Below, piece after piece: positions 18,457-28,857 of a stretch of 64,000 bases of DNA. Location: assembly GCA_963774075.1 (NCBI GenBank), contig CAVZDP010000005.1, forward strand, positions 260,360 to 324,359. Direction: 5' to 3'. Both the position numbers and the translations under genes were made by a program. Position 1 is the stretch's first letter. Each line of letters opens with the position of its first letter. Under the pieces are notes generated by a model that saw only the letters and a program-made list of their open reading frames with translations, was not told where the DNA came from and made no database searches. This DNA is from an uncultured Solirubrobacterales bacterium (GTDB lineage: Bacteria > Actinomycetota > Thermoleophilia > Solirubrobacterales > JBBDJG01).

Positions 18457-19542
18457 CTAGGCGGCGGCTTGGGCCTCGAGCTTGTTCCGCCGCTCCTCAG
18501 CGGCGAGCGCGGCCGTGAGCTCGTCGAGCTCACCCTCCAGGACGCCCTGGAGGTTGTGGACAGTGACCTTGACGCGGTGGTCGGTCACGCGCCCCTGGGG
18601 GAAGTTGTAGGTGCGCACCTTCTCGGAGCGCTCGCCGGTACCCACCTGCGCGCGGCGGTCGGCGGCAAGCTCTTGCTGCTGCTCCCTCAGCGCGCGCTCG
18701 TACAAGCGCGCCCGCAGGATGCGCATCGCGCGCTCGCGATTTTGGAGCTGTGACTTCTCATCCTGCATCGAGACCACGATGCCCGTCGGCTGGTGGGTTA
18801 GTCGCACCGCCGAATCGGTCGTGTTGACCGACTGCCCCCCCGGGCCGGAGGAACGGTACACGTCAACCTGGATGTCGTTCGGGTCGATGGCGACCTCGAC
18901 CTCCTCGGCCTCCGGCAGCACGGCCACCGTGGCGGTGGAGGTGTGGATCCGCCCCTGTGACTCCGTCTTGGGAACGCGCTGCACGCGGTGCACCCCGGCC
19001 TCGTGCTTGAAGACGCTGTACGCGCCGTCGCCCTTGACCTCGAGCACCACCTCCTTGAAGCCGCCGGCCTCTGCGGCGCTCAGGGACAGCGGCTCGGACT
19101 TGAAGCCGCGTCGCTCCGCGTAGCGCGTCAGCATGCGGTAGAGGTCGCCCGCGAAGAGCGCCGCCTCGTCGCCGCCGGCGCCGGCGCGGATCTCGATGAT
19201 CACGTTCTTCATGTCGTTTGGGTCCTTCTCGATCATCGCGAGGCGGAGGTCCTGCTCGAGCTCGTCCATACGCTTGCGAGACGAGACGATCATCTCCTGC
19301 AGCTCGTCGCGCTCCTCGCTGTCCAGGCTGCCGTCGCCGCCCTCGAGCAGCTCCTGCGCGCCGGTCGCGTCCGACTTGGCGTGCCGGTACTCCTCGGCGA
19401 GCCGGTGCACATCCTGGAGCTCTCGGTGACTGCGGGCGGCCGCGGTGTAGCGGTCGCGGTCTGCGATGGTCTCCGGATCGGACAGCTGCTCGGTGAGCTC
19501 GCGGTAGCGGCCCTCGATCTGCTCTATCAACCGCTCGATCAC
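18457..19542 (-). CDS. prfA: peptide chain release factor 1
   Basis: PxT-type RF1 with SGPGGQSVNTTDSAVRLTHQPTG (GGQ). Uninterrupted frame. Confidence 0.95.
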   Translation of the reverse strand: MIERLIEQIEGRYRELTEQLSDPETIADRDRYTAAARSHRELQDVHRLAEEYRHAKSDATGAQELLEGGDGSLDSEERDELQEMIVSSRKRMDELEQDLRLAMIEKDPNDMKNVIIEIRAGAGGDEAALFAGDLYRMLTRYAERRGFKSEPLSLSAAEAGGFKEVVLEVKGDGAYSVFKHEAGVHRVQRVPKTESQGRIHTSTATVAVLPEAEEVEVAIDPNDIQVDVYRSSGPGGQSVNTTDSAVRLTHQPTGIVVSMQDEKSQLQNRERAMRILRARLYERALREQQQELAADRRAQVGTGERSEKVRTYNFPQGRVTDHRVKVTVHNLQGVLEGELDELTAALAAEERRNKLEAQAAA

Positions 19543-19558
19543 GGCGCCCCCCAGAGGC

Positions 19559-20704
19559 TCAGGCGACGACTTCCATCCCGAGCCGGTCCTCTTCGGTGGA
19601 GGAGGCGGGATCCTCGACCGCGAGCACGGCCTCGAGGGCGGCGATCGAGACCGCGAGCTGGTCGAGAGTAGGCTCGCGCGTCGTCAGCTTTTGTAGCTGG
19701 AGGCCGGGCCACATCAGAGCCATGACCCAACGCTTGCGGCGGTTGCGACCCGCCCACTTGATCACCTCATAGGCAAGCCCGGCGACGAGCCCGATGCCAA
19801 GCACGCGCGAGAGGATCAGCCAGTGCAGGTCAGGCCTTCCGATGGGCGCGAACACGAACACGGCGATGATCATCACGATCAACAGGAAGCTGGTGCCGCA
19901 GCGGACGTGCAGGCGGGAGTAGAGCGTGGCGCGCTCGGGCACGAGCCGGTCGCCGGCCTCGTATGCGGCGATCACCTTGTGCTCGGCGCCGTGGTACTCG
20001 AATACGCGCCTCAAATCCGGCAGCTTCGAGATCGCCCAAAGGTAGACGAGGAAGATCGTGATCCTGATCAGCTTCTCGACGACGACGAAGACGACCGAGT
20101 TGCCGAGTGAGTCCTTCCAGAAGTTGGCGATCGTCACGGGCAACACGAAGAAGAGACCGACGGCGAACAGAAGCGAGATGGCGATCGTGATTCCCCATGC
20201 ACGACTTGAGAGCTCCTCTTCGCCCTCCGGGAGCTGCGCGTTGGCTGAGAGGCCGAGAGCGCGAAAGCCGATCTTGAGCGACTCGACGAGCGCGACCACC
20301 CCCCGGACGACGGGCAACCTGAACAGGCGCCGTTTTCGTATCCAGGGCTCGAAGCGCTCGAGGTGAACGTCGATCTCGCCGAGAGCTTCGTCGCCGGCTG
20401 CTCCGTTGACCGAGGCTATGACGGCGCCGTCGAGGCCGGCGGCGGGCGCGATCGCCAGCGGCTCCTTCTCGCCGTCGGCGTCGGCTCCGTTGGGCGCAGT
20501 CAGCCCGTCCTCGGGCAAATTCTCGCTCTCGCGCGCCGGCGCAGGCTTTCGAACCGCCACGGCCCACGTCGAAATGCCGCGCATCATCACGCCCTCGAGA
20601 ACGGCCTGACCGCCGATCGGGGCGTCCTTGCTGGACATCAGCCGCCCGTCGGGCAACGTCACAGCGTCGAGGCCCGGCTCCTGCTTGTCGAGTTCAGTGC
20701 TCAT
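19559..20704 (-). CDS. DUF1385 domain-containing membrane protein (YqhQ-like)
   Basis: IGGQAVLEGVMMRG...YHGAEHKVI...RCGTSFLL. Trimmed to the ATG at 20704 so that it no longer overlaps rpmE. Confidence 0.75.
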   Translation of the reverse strand: MSTELDKQEPGLDAVTLPDGRLMSSKDAPIGGQAVLEGVMMRGISTWAVAVRKPAPARESENLPEDGLTAPNGADADGEKEPLAIAPAAGLDGAVIASVNGAAGDEALGEIDVHLERFEPWIRKRRLFRLPVVRGVVALVESLKIGFRALGLSANAQLPEGEEELSSRAWGITIAISLLFAVGLFFVLPVTIANFWKDSLGNSVVFVVVEKLIRITIFLVYLWAISKLPDLRRVFEYHGAEHKVIAAYEAGDRLVPERATLYSRLHVRCGTSFLLIVMIIAVFVFAPIGRPDLHWLILSRVLGIGLVAGLAYEVIKWAGRNRRKRWVMALMWPGLQLQKLTTREPTLDQLAVSIAALEAVLAVEDPASSTEEDRLGMEVVA

Positions 20705-20780
20705 GAAGGCGCACCCTCCGCGGGCTCTCCCCATGGTAGCCGGGCCCCGGGCCGTCCCGGGCCTGCCGGCTAAGGAGCCA

Positions 20781-20999
20781 CTAACCTCGGCGCTTCTTGG
20801 CGGCGCGGCGCTGGAAGCGCTCCACCCGGCCACCGGTGTCCACCAGCTTTTGCTTGCCGGTGTAGAAGGGGTGGCACTCGGAGCAGATCTCGACGTGCAG
20901 CTCAGCCTTGGTGGAGCGGGTGTTGAACTCGTTGCCGCACGTACAGCGGACGTGAGCGTCGACGTATTCGGGATGGATCTCGGCTTTCACGCTTCCCAT
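20781..20999 (-). CDS. rpmE: 50S ribosomal protein L31 (Zn-ribbon, type A)
   Basis: [21 protein letters not shown]...[16 protein letters not shown]...[10 protein letters not shown]. Confidence 0.95.
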   Translation of the reverse strand: MGSVKAEIHPEYVDAHVRCTCGNEFNTRSTKAELHVEICSECHPFYTGKQKLVDTGGRVERFQRRAAKKRRG

Positions 21000-21016
21000 T
21001 TTAGAGAGTCGGTCAA

Positions 21017-21520
21017 TCAGCCCGTGACCATGCGCGCCGCCAACACCAGGATTGCTAGCGTGGCCAGCAGGTTCAGGAGCGACACCATCCCCGCGACGGC
21101 CGCCCGCCGCCGGATCTGCCCGGCGAGCTCGGCATCGTCGGGTCGCTCGGCGGCCTGCGCACGAAGACGCGACAGCGCCGGCCCCTGGATCGTGCTGTGC
21201 ACGATCGTCAGCACGATGACCAGCCCGACGAGGATCAGCTTCGCCAGCAGGGTGTCGCCGTAAGAGCTCTCGCCGAGCGTGTCCCAGGCGTCGCGGTCGC
21301 TCGCGAGCTCGGTCCCCGTGAGGACGAGCACCAGGAGCGCGGTACCGCCGACCAGCGCGAACGCCCGGCCGACGTAGCGAAAGAAGGCGACGCGGTTTCG
21401 CTCGGGCAGGGTCCTGCGCGCGGCGACTACAGCTATCGCGAGGAACACGAGCCCCCCTGCCCAGACGGCGGCGCCGATCAGGTGCAGCGAGCGGATCAGG
21501 AGGTCGGCCGCGACCGGCAC
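21017..21520 (-). CDS. CopD-like integral membrane protein
   Basis: [24 protein letters not shown]... (CopD-type HL..A.W.GGL motif). Four hydrophobic segments. The GTG start at 21520 is inferred. Confidence 0.5.
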   Translation of the reverse strand: MPVAADLLIRSLHLIGAAVWAGGLVFLAIAVVAARRTLPERNRVAFFRYVGRAFALVGGTALLVLVLTGTELASDRDAWDTLGESSYGDTLLAKLILVGLVIVLTIVHSTIQGPALSRLRAQAAERPDDAELAGQIRRRAAVAGMVSLLNLLATLAILVLAARMVTG

Positions 21521-21545
21521 GGCGCGGAAGGATCGCAGACTCGGC

Positions 21546-22880
21546 TCAGCCGCCGAACGAGTCGTAGCTCGGCGGAGCGGAGTTGACCGCCGGGTCGTCC
21601 TTGTGGCGCGGCACCGATACATCCGCCACACCGGAGCACGTGCCGCCCCGGCCGTCGGAAGCCGTGAAGGCGATCGTGTAGACGCGGCCGTCGCCCTGCG
21701 GATTGCGCTCGGCGCGCACACTCACCCGGTCCGGCTGTCCGCCCGCGGCCGCGTCCGGGGCGGTCGGGTCGCCGTTCGCCGTCACCGGCTCGTCTTGGGT
21801 GACCCCGTCGATGGTGATGGCTGCCGGGTCGCCATCCGGATCGGTCACCCCCCTCACGAACACGAGCGTGAACTTGCGATTCGCCGGTAGCAGGAAGGAC
21901 GGGGCCGCGCCTGCCCCCGAGCAGTCGGGCGGGCGGTTGAGCGGCTGCCAGTCGGGCTGGACGTCGAATGAGCTGCTTCTGGAGATCGCGTGCTGATCAC
22001 TTCCGTCCGCGTTCATGACGTTGATCTCGTTGCCGCCGAAGAAGTCGGGCGGGGGCCCGAATCCTGACCATACGATCTGCGTGCCGTCTGGCGACCACCC
22101 CGGCTGGTAACCCCGGGCGGCCGGCGAGAAGCTTCGCTGGTCGGAACCGTCGGCGTTCATGACCTGTATCTCGGTCGTGCCGTTCAGATTTCCCCAGACG
22201 AGCTCGGTTCCGTCGGGTGACCAATCCGGAGCGGTGTCCTGGTCGCCGTCGAACGTAAGCCTTGTCTTGCCGCTGCCGTCGCGGTTCATCACGAATATCT
22301 CGAAGTTGCAGACTAAGTTCGGGCAGGGGGGGACGAAGTGCGAGAAGGCGATCTTGGCGCCGTCCGGCGACCAAGCGGGATGGAACTCACCTATGTCCGG
22401 CGTCGAGGTCAGTTTCGCGTCCCCCGTTCCGTCCGCGTTGACGACGTGCAGATCGGTGCGCCCGCTTCCCTCGTCGTAGCGCTGGTACACGATCTTCATG
22501 CCGTCCGGCGACCATGAGGGCGAGCCTGAGGGATAGAAGAACGAGCCGGAGGTCACCTTGACCGGTTGCGAGCCATCGGCATTCATGACGATGACTCCGC
22601 GGTCGGCTCCCAGGCTGCCCGTGTAGGCGATCTTCTTGCCATTTGGCGACCAGGCGGGCTCCTCGTCCGGGAGGCGATGCGCGGTCAGCCGTTGGACGTC
22701 GGAACCGTCGGGATTCATCGTGTAGATCTCGAGGTTGCCACGGTTGTCGTCGTCGCGGTTCGAGACGAACGCGATCCGGCCGTTCGCGCCCGGGTATGCG
22801 GCGAGCGCGGGCAATGAGAGGAGCGTTAGCAGCGCGAAGGTGGCGAGGAACACCGATGTAAGCACCATCAAGATGCGCAT
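21546..22880 (-). CDS. secreted TolB-like beta-propeller (PD40 repeat) protein
   Basis: Signal peptide MRILMVLTSVFLATFALLTLLSLPALAA. Repeated PAWSPNGKKIAY / PSWSPDGMKIVY / PAWSPDGAKIAF / PDWSPDGTELVW / PGWSPDGTQIVW. Confidence 0.8.
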   Translation of the reverse strand: MRILMVLTSVFLATFALLTLLSLPALAAYPGANGRIAFVSNRDDDNRGNLEIYTMNPDGSDVQRLTAHRLPDEEPAWSPNGKKIAYTGSLGADRGVIVMNADGSQPVKVTSGSFFYPSGSPSWSPDGMKIVYQRYDEGSGRTDLHVVNADGTGDAKLTSTPDIGEFHPAWSPDGAKIAFSHFVPPCPNLVCNFEIFVMNRDGSGKTRLTFDGDQDTAPDWSPDGTELVWGNLNGTTEIQVMNADGSDQRSFSPAARGYQPGWSPDGTQIVWSGFGPPPDFFGGNEINVMNADGSDQHAISRSSSFDVQPDWQPLNRPPDCSGAGAAPSFLLPANRKFTLVFVRGVTDPDGDPAAITIDGVTQDEPVTANGDPTAPDAAAGGQPDRVSVRAERNPQGDGRVYTIAFTASDGRGGTCSGVADVSVPRHKDDPAVNSAPPSYDSFGG

Positions 22881-22938
22881 AGCTACTCCCACCGGGCGAT
22901 CGTAGCCCCGGGTGGCAGGCGCCACAAGAGCGCCGGCG

Positions 22939-24630
22939 CTAGGCCAGCGTGTACATCGGGCCGTCGCCGCCCTCGGGCGGGGTCAGTCGGCCGCCCTTGG
23001 CGTTGATCGCCCCGCACTGGACGCAGTTCGAGGGCGTGATCTGAACCGTCACCTCGCCGTTGGCGGGTGCGTCCTCTGGGAGCTCGTAGACGGCCGCCGG
23101 GCACATGTGTACCCACGCCTCTGCCAGCTCGCGCGGCACCGTCTGCTGGACGCGGATGTGGTTCGGGGCGTCGTCGCGCGTCGCGTTGCCGGACGCGAAC
23201 ACGCTGGAGAGCTTGTCGAAGATGTACTTGTTGTCCGGCTTTGGGTAGTTCTTCGCCGCGCCGTCGACGAACATGTCTTCCTCCGCGTCGGACTTGAAGC
23301 TCCAATGGCCGCCCGGGAAGGCGCCTTTCGTGATCGTCATCGCGTTGGCGAGCGCGCCGCCGACGAAGAAGCCGCGGTCGAACACCTGCCTCACGTTTCT
23401 CGAGCGGTACAGGTCCTCGCGGATGACGCTCTTCCGCACCTTCTGGTCGTAGGCCTCGAAGTTGATCGAGTCGCGCGCGAGCGCGTCGACGATCGTCTCC
23501 GCCGCGTACATGCCCGCGTGCATCGAGTAGTGGATCCCCTTCAGCGTCGGGATGTTCACCATGCTCGCCGCGTCGCCCGCGATGCACATGCCGGGAACGC
23601 TCAGGTGCTTGGGCATCGCCCAGTAGCCGCCCGAGGGGATCGTCTTCGCCCCCCAGCCGATGCGCTTGCCGCCCTCGAGGATGCCGCGCACGAATGGATG
23701 CGTCTTGAACTCCTGCAGCACGTCGTGGCACGAGAAGGTCGCATCGCGGTAGTCCAGCCCGGCCACGAACCCGATGCAGACCTTGTCCTCGCCCATCGGG
23801 TAGATGAAGCTGCCTCCGAACTCCCTGTACTTCGCGCTCTTGCGAAGCGGCCAGCCCATGGTGTGGATGACGCGGTCGAGCGGCTTGGGGACCTCCCAGA
23901 TCTCCTTCACGCCGATCTCCCAGCGCAGCGGGTCTCGGCCGTGAAGGTCGTAGTAGTCCATGGCGGCCATCGTCAGGTGCCCGACCGTTCCCTCCGCGAC
24001 CACGGTCGCCTTCGCGATCACGTCGGAGCCGGGCTCGAAGTTCGACAGCGGCTCGCCGTCCCTGCCCCGCCCTTTGTCGCCGGTGCGGATGCCCTTGACG
24101 ATCCGGTCTTCGACCAGCAGCTTCTCGGCCGTGGTCTCGGCGAGCACGTAGACGCCCGCCTCCTCGGCCTTCTCGGCGAGGAAGCGGCCGAGCTGGGCGA
24201 CCGACGTCACGTAGTTGCCGTGGTTGCGGAAGGGCGGCGGCAGCGGCTTCAGGGGGAGAGCGCGCTTCTTCGTGAGAAAGTAGGCGGCGTCCTTCTCGAC
24301 CTTCTGGAAGACGGGCCAGTCCTCCGGCGACAGGTCGGGAAACAGCTCCAGCATCGCCGACGGGTTCATGTTCGCTCCCGAGAGCAGGTGACTGCCGGCC
24401 ACCTTGCCCTTCTCGATCACGGCGATCGGGACCTCGCCAAGACTCTCGGCCAGAGCCGGCTCGCGCTCGAGCAGCTGAGCCGCCTTGATAGCGCAGGCCA
24501 TTCCGGCCGGGCCACCGCCGACGATCGCGATCCCGACCTCTATGCGGTCCTCGGCGGCGTCGGTCGGCGGGCCGACGAACTCCCTGGCCTGATCCAGCGG
24601 GGGCGGGTATTGCGCGGGGACTACGCCCAT
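22939..24630 (-). CDS. electron-transfer flavoprotein:quinone oxidoreductase (ETF-QO, FixC+FixX-like)
   Basis: FAD site VGIAIVGGGPAGMACA. C-terminal 4Fe-4S/ferredoxin-like tail ITPSNCVQCGAI...GGDGPMY. Directly downstream of etfBA. Confidence 0.85.
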   Translation of the reverse strand: MGVVPAQYPPPLDQAREFVGPPTDAAEDRIEVGIAIVGGGPAGMACAIKAAQLLEREPALAESLGEVPIAVIEKGKVAGSHLLSGANMNPSAMLELFPDLSPEDWPVFQKVEKDAAYFLTKKRALPLKPLPPPFRNHGNYVTSVAQLGRFLAEKAEEAGVYVLAETTAEKLLVEDRIVKGIRTGDKGRGRDGEPLSNFEPGSDVIAKATVVAEGTVGHLTMAAMDYYDLHGRDPLRWEIGVKEIWEVPKPLDRVIHTMGWPLRKSAKYREFGGSFIYPMGEDKVCIGFVAGLDYRDATFSCHDVLQEFKTHPFVRGILEGGKRIGWGAKTIPSGGYWAMPKHLSVPGMCIAGDAASMVNIPTLKGIHYSMHAGMYAAETIVDALARDSINFEAYDQKVRKSVIREDLYRSRNVRQVFDRGFFVGGALANAMTITKGAFPGGHWSFKSDAEEDMFVDGAAKNYPKPDNKYIFDKLSSVFASGNATRDDAPNHIRVQQTVPRELAEAWVHMCPAAVYELPEDAPANGEVTVQITPSNCVQCGAINAKGGRLTPPEGGDGPMYTLA

Positions 24631-24637
24631 AGGATGT

Positions 24638-25615
24638 CTAGCCGCTCTTGGCCGTCTTCACGGCTTCGGTCAGCTTGGGGACGATCTTGTGCAGGTCGCC
24701 GACGATGCCGAGGTCGCAGAACTCGAAGATGGGCGCGTTCGGGTCCTTGTTGATCGCGACGATGTTCTCCGAGGACTGCATGCCGACCTTGTGCTGGATC
24801 GCGCCCGAGATGCCCGCGGCGATGTAGAGCTTCGGCGCGACCGTCTTCCCGGTCTGGCCGATCTGGGCCGAGTACGGGAACCAGCCCGCGTCCACGACCG
24901 CCCGTGTCGCGGCGACCGCGCCGCCGAACGCATCCGCGAGCTGGTGGCAGAGGTCGAAGTTCTCGGCCTTGCCGAGCCCGCGGCCTCCCGCGACCAGAAC
25001 GTCGGCGTCCTCGATGTTGACCTCCTCGCCGCGCTGCTCTCCGCGCTGGATCATCGTTGCCTTGGTTGACCAGGGCGAGAGCTCGACGTCGACGTCTTGG
25101 ACTTCCGCCGAGCCGCCGTCGCGCTCGACCTCGTCGAACGCGTTCAGGCGACCGATGATGATGCCCGGCTCGCCGACGTACTCGACCTCGGCTATCGCGG
25201 AGTCCTGGAGGATCGGCCGGATCGCGACCAGCTTGCCGTCCTGTGCGCGGACCTCGGTGACCTCCATCGTCACTCCGGCGCCCAACCGCGCGGTCAGGCC
25301 GGCGCCGATCTCGAAGCCGAGCAGCCCGCCGCCGAACAGCACGTAGGAGTGGCCGTTGTCCTGGATCACCTTCGCCATCACGTCCACGATCGGCTGGGCG
25401 AGGCCCTCAGGCACCGAGCGCGCGCGATAGACCTTCGAGGCGCCGTACGCGCCGAGCGACTGGCAGGCCTCGTCGGAGACGTCGCCGACCACCACGGCCG
25501 CTGCCTCGCCGCCGATCGCGCCTGCGAGCTTCGCGGCCTCGGAGACCGCGCCGAGCGAGTTCTTGTTGAAGACGCCTTCGTCGTCGTGCAGGGCGTAGAC
25601 GAGAATCCCAGCCAC
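24638..25615 (-). CDS. etfA: electron transfer flavoprotein subunit alpha
   Basis: ...[10 protein letters not shown]...[20 protein letters not shown]...[25 protein letters not shown]. Confidence 0.92.
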   Translation of the reverse strand: MAGILVYALHDDEGVFNKNSLGAVSEAAKLAGAIGGEAAAVVVGDVSDEACQSLGAYGASKVYRARSVPEGLAQPIVDVMAKVIQDNGHSYVLFGGGLLGFEIGAGLTARLGAGVTMEVTEVRAQDGKLVAIRPILQDSAIAEVEYVGEPGIIIGRLNAFDEVERDGGSAEVQDVDVELSPWSTKATMIQRGEQRGEEVNIEDADVLVAGGRGLGKAENFDLCHQLADAFGGAVAATRAVVDAGWFPYSAQIGQTGKTVAPKLYIAAGISGAIQHKVGMQSSENIVAINKDPNAPIFEFCDLGIVGDLHKIVPKLTEAVKTAKSG

Positions 25616-25658
25616 TAGTGCCTCCTCTCAGGTACGCGATCCGCTGCGCGGCCGCCCA

Positions 25659-26450
25659 TCAGACGAGTTTCCTTTCCTGCAGCCAGGCCACGACTTTCTC
25701 GACTGTCTCCTTCGTGTCCTCGTCCTCGATGATCGTGCCGGACTCCTTCTGGGGAGGGGGATTGACCACGAGCACCTGGGTGCGCGAGCCCTCCTCCCCC
25801 ACCTTCGACGCCTCGATCTGGGCGTCGCCGACCGAGAGCGTGTCGAGCGGCTTCTTCTTCGCCCCCATGATCGCCTTCAGGCTCGGATAGCGGGGCTCGT
25901 TGATGGCGTCGCCGACGCTGATCACGGCGGGAAACTCAACCGCGACCGTGTCGTAGCCGTACTCGGCCTGGCGCTCGCAACGAAGCTTGGAGTCCTCGAC
26001 GTCCATCTTGATCACCTGCGTCAGCGACGGCATCCTCAGGTGGTCGGCCACCACGGCGCCGATCGTGTAGCACTCTCCGTCGTCGGACTGCTGGCCGAGC
26101 AGGACCAGATCCGGGCTCTCGCGTTCGAGGGCCTTCGCCAGGGCGTAGCCGGTCGCGCACACGTCCGAGCCGGCAAGCGCTGGGTCGGTCAGGTGCACGG
26201 ACCGGTCGGCGCCGAGCGAGACGGCCTTGTGCAGGGCGCGCACGGCGGACTCGGGCCCCATCGTGACCGCTACGACCTCGTCGACCTGGACGGCGCCACC
26301 CTCGCGAAGCTGCATCGCGGCTTCGATCGCATGGGTGTCGAAGGGATTCAGGTTCTTCTCGCCGCTGCGGTCGATGCGCTTCGTCGACTGGTCGATGCGC
26401 TTCTCCACTGCCGCGTCGGGCACTTCTTTGACGAGCACACAGATCTTCAC
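25659..26450 (-). CDS. etfB: electron transfer flavoprotein subunit beta
   Basis: MKICVLVKEVPD...NPFDTHAIEAA...DLVLLGQQSDDGE. GTG start preceded by GACAGGAGG. Confidence 0.92.
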   Translation of the reverse strand: MKICVLVKEVPDAAVEKRIDQSTKRIDRSGEKNLNPFDTHAIEAAMQLREGGAVQVDEVVAVTMGPESAVRALHKAVSLGADRSVHLTDPALAGSDVCATGYALAKALERESPDLVLLGQQSDDGECYTIGAVVADHLRMPSLTQVIKMDVEDSKLRCERQAEYGYDTVAVEFPAVISVGDAINEPRYPSLKAIMGAKKKPLDTLSVGDAQIEASKVGEEGSRTQVLVVNPPPQKESGTIIEDEDTKETVEKVVAWLQERKLV

Positions 26451-26512
26451 GTCGTGCTTGCCTCCTGTCGGGCGGGCTGCTGAAAGCTGATCGTGGCCGG
26501 GCGGATTATTAC

Positions 26513-26526
26513 TGATTGACCAATCA
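26513..26526. promoter_or_regulatory. inverted repeat TGATTG-AC-CAATCA in the AT-rich patch upstream of etfB (candidate operator)
   Basis: 6-bp perfect arms with a 2-bp spacer, embedded in ggattattacTGATTGACCAATCAatcg about 65-75 nt upstream of the etfB start. This is the only AT-rich patch in the 26451-26681 gap. Confidence 0.3.
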
Positions 26527-26681
26527 ATCGCATCGGCCGGACGGCTACGCGGACTGCCGGCCCTGCGCCTGGCGCTGCCGCTCTGGCCCGCGAGCGCGCG
26601 GATTCTATATCGCTGGAGGCGCGGGGTGCGGCGCCTGCAAGCGGCCGTTCGCCAGGGCCGTGGCAGGGCCTCGAGCGCTCG

Positions 26682-27125
26682 CTAGCGGACTGCGCCGCGC
26701 ACGAACTCGACGATCTGCTGGGTCGAGGCGCCGGGGGTGAAGATCTCAGCCACCCCGAGGGACTTCAGCTCCGAGACGTCGTCCCCGGGGATCGTGCCTC
26801 CGGCGATCACAACCACGTCGTCGACCTCGCGCTCCTTCATCAACTCGAGCACGCGGGGGACCAGCGTCATGTGTGCGCCCGACAGGATCGAGAGCCCGAC
26901 CGCATCGGCGTCCTCCTGGATCACCGTCTCGACGATCTGCTCGGGCGTCTGGTGAAGGCCCGTGTAGATGACCTCCATCCCGGCGTCGCGCAGGGCCCGC
27001 GCGATGATCTTCGCGCCTCGGTCGTGACCGTCGAGGCCGGGCTTGGCCACGACGACCCGGATCTTGCGCTTGCTGTCGCCGCCGCTTGACGCCGTCTCGG
27101 TGCTCGCCTCCATCGTCGCGGGCAT
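26682..27125 (-). CDS. icmB: B12-binding small subunit of a split acyl-CoA mutase (IcmB-like)
   Basis: [24 protein letters not shown] (DxHxxG cobalamin ligand loop), ...[11 protein letters not shown]..., VIAGGTIP. 147 aa, stand-alone. Confidence 0.8.
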   Translation of the reverse strand: MPATMEASTETASSGGDSKRKIRVVVAKPGLDGHDRGAKIIARALRDAGMEVIYTGLHQTPEQIVETVIQEDADAVGLSILSGAHMTLVPRVLELMKEREVDDVVVIAGGTIPGDDVSELKSLGVAEIFTPGASTQQIVEFVRGAVR

Positions 27126-27184
27126 GCTAGCCGACGGGAGCTACGCCCCGCGCGGGAACATGGCGAGCGCGAGGGCTCTACAAC

Positions 27185-28825
27185 TCAGCCCGTGCTCGCC
27201 GGCACGCGTCCCTGGAGCTTTCCCTCCGCGAGCTGCTTGCGAAGGACCTTCTTGTCGAACTTGCCCACGCTCGTCTTCGGCACCTCGTCGACGAACGCGT
27301 ACTCGTCGGGGAGCCACCACTTGGCGACGCGACCGCTCAGGTGCTCGCGCAGCGAGTCCGCGTCGCACGAAGCTCCTTCGTTGAGCACGACGCAGGCGAG
27401 CGGGCGCTCGGTCCATCGCTCGTCCGGCTTCGCTATCACCGCTGCCTCCATCACGTCGGGGTGCGCCATGAGCTCGTTCTCGAGCTCGACCGAGGAGATC
27501 CATTCGCCGCCGGACTTGATCACGTCCTTCGCGCGGTCGGAGATCCTCATGAAGCCGCGGCGGTCGATCGACGCGATGTCGCCGGTGCGAAGCCAGCCAT
27601 CGTCGAACTTGTCGGCCCCCGATGGGTCGTTGTAGTAATCGGATGCGATCCAGGGGCCGCGTACTTCCACCTCACCGGTGGACTCGCCGTCCCAGGGCAC
27701 CACCTCGCCGGAATCGTCCACGAGCCGCGCCTCGACTCCAGGCACCAGGCGCCCTGTAGCAGTGCGGTAGCTCCACTCATCCTCGCCATCCAGCGCCTTC
27801 GGGGGCCGCGCCACGGCGCCGAGTGGACTCGTCTCGGTCATGCCCCAGGCCTGGATGATCGGGACGCCATGGCGCTCGGCGAAGCCACGCATCAGCGACT
27901 CGGGCACCGCGGCGCCGCCGCAGACGACGAAGCGCAGGCTCGAGAGGTCCGGCTTGTGCTCGTCGGCGAAGCGCAGCAGGTCCATCCAGATCGTCGGCAC
28001 GGCGCCCGCGAACGTGACGCCCTCGTCGGCGATCAGGCGGGCGAGCGGCTCGGCCTGCAGGAAACGCGATGGCATCACCATGTCGGCCCCCACGAGCGCG
28101 CACGCATACGGAAGCCCCCACGCGTTGGCGTGGAACATCGGGACCACGGGCAGCAGGCGGTCGTGAGACGAGATGCCCAGCGTCTCCGAGATGCACGTCC
28201 CCATCGCGTGCAGAACGTTGGAGCGGTGCGTGTAGAGCACGCCCTTCGGGTTGCCTGTCGTTCCGCTGGTGTAGCAGAGGCCGGCGGCGGTCCGCTCGTC
28301 GAGGTCGGGATAGTCGTAGCCGGGCTCCTGCGCCTCGAGCAACTCCTCGTAGCGAAGCACGTTCGGCAGCGAGCCCGAGTCGCCGCCGCCGATCACGACG
28401 TAGTGACGCACGGTCTCGAAGCTCGGCGCAACCTTCTCGAGCACCGGCACGAGCGAGTCGTCGACGAACACCACCTGATCCTCGGCGTGGTTCGCGATGT
28501 ATGTGAGCTGCTCGGGAAAAAGCCGGATGTTGAGCGTGTGCAGGACCGCACCCATGCAGGGCGTTCCCAGATACAGCTCGAGGTGCTCCTGCGAGTTCCA
28601 GGCGAACGTCGCGACGCGATCCCCCCTGCCGACGCCGAGCGACTCGAGCGCGCGGCACAGACGGTCCACTCGCTCTCCGACCTGGGCGTAGCTGGCGCGC
28701 GTCTTGACCGGCTCGTCGCCGGCCGCGCGCAGCGTGACGGCCTCGCTGTCGCCGTAGACGGTGCGCATCCGCTCGAGCACGTGTCGCAGCGTGAGCGGGT
28801 GGTCCTGCATCAACCCCTGGAGCAT
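27185..28825 (-). CDS. AMP-dependent acyl-CoA ligase (FadD-type)
   Basis: AMP-binding motif LCYTSGTTGNPKGV, ...WGMTETSP..., WLRTGDIA and a C-terminal ...PKTSVGKFDKK. Confidence 0.88.
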   Translation of the reverse strand: MLQGLMQDHPLTLRHVLERMRTVYGDSEAVTLRAAGDEPVKTRASYAQVGERVDRLCRALESLGVGRGDRVATFAWNSQEHLELYLGTPCMGAVLHTLNIRLFPEQLTYIANHAEDQVVFVDDSLVPVLEKVAPSFETVRHYVVIGGGDSGSLPNVLRYEELLEAQEPGYDYPDLDERTAAGLCYTSGTTGNPKGVLYTHRSNVLHAMGTCISETLGISSHDRLLPVVPMFHANAWGLPYACALVGADMVMPSRFLQAEPLARLIADEGVTFAGAVPTIWMDLLRFADEHKPDLSSLRFVVCGGAAVPESLMRGFAERHGVPIIQAWGMTETSPLGAVARPPKALDGEDEWSYRTATGRLVPGVEARLVDDSGEVVPWDGESTGEVEVRGPWIASDYYNDPSGADKFDDGWLRTGDIASIDRRGFMRISDRAKDVIKSGGEWISSVELENELMAHPDVMEAAVIAKPDERWTERPLACVVLNEGASCDADSLREHLSGRVAKWWLPDEYAFVDEVPKTSVGKFDKKVLRKQLAEGKLQGRVPASTG

Positions 28826-28857
28826 TTCTCCTCCCTCCCGGGACTAGTGGCTTCGCC

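Noticed and set aside
18457-19542. Programmed +1 frameshift of the kind seen in release-factor genes.
   Set aside because: That feature belongs to prfB (RF2). This gene is RF1, with one uninterrupted frame.
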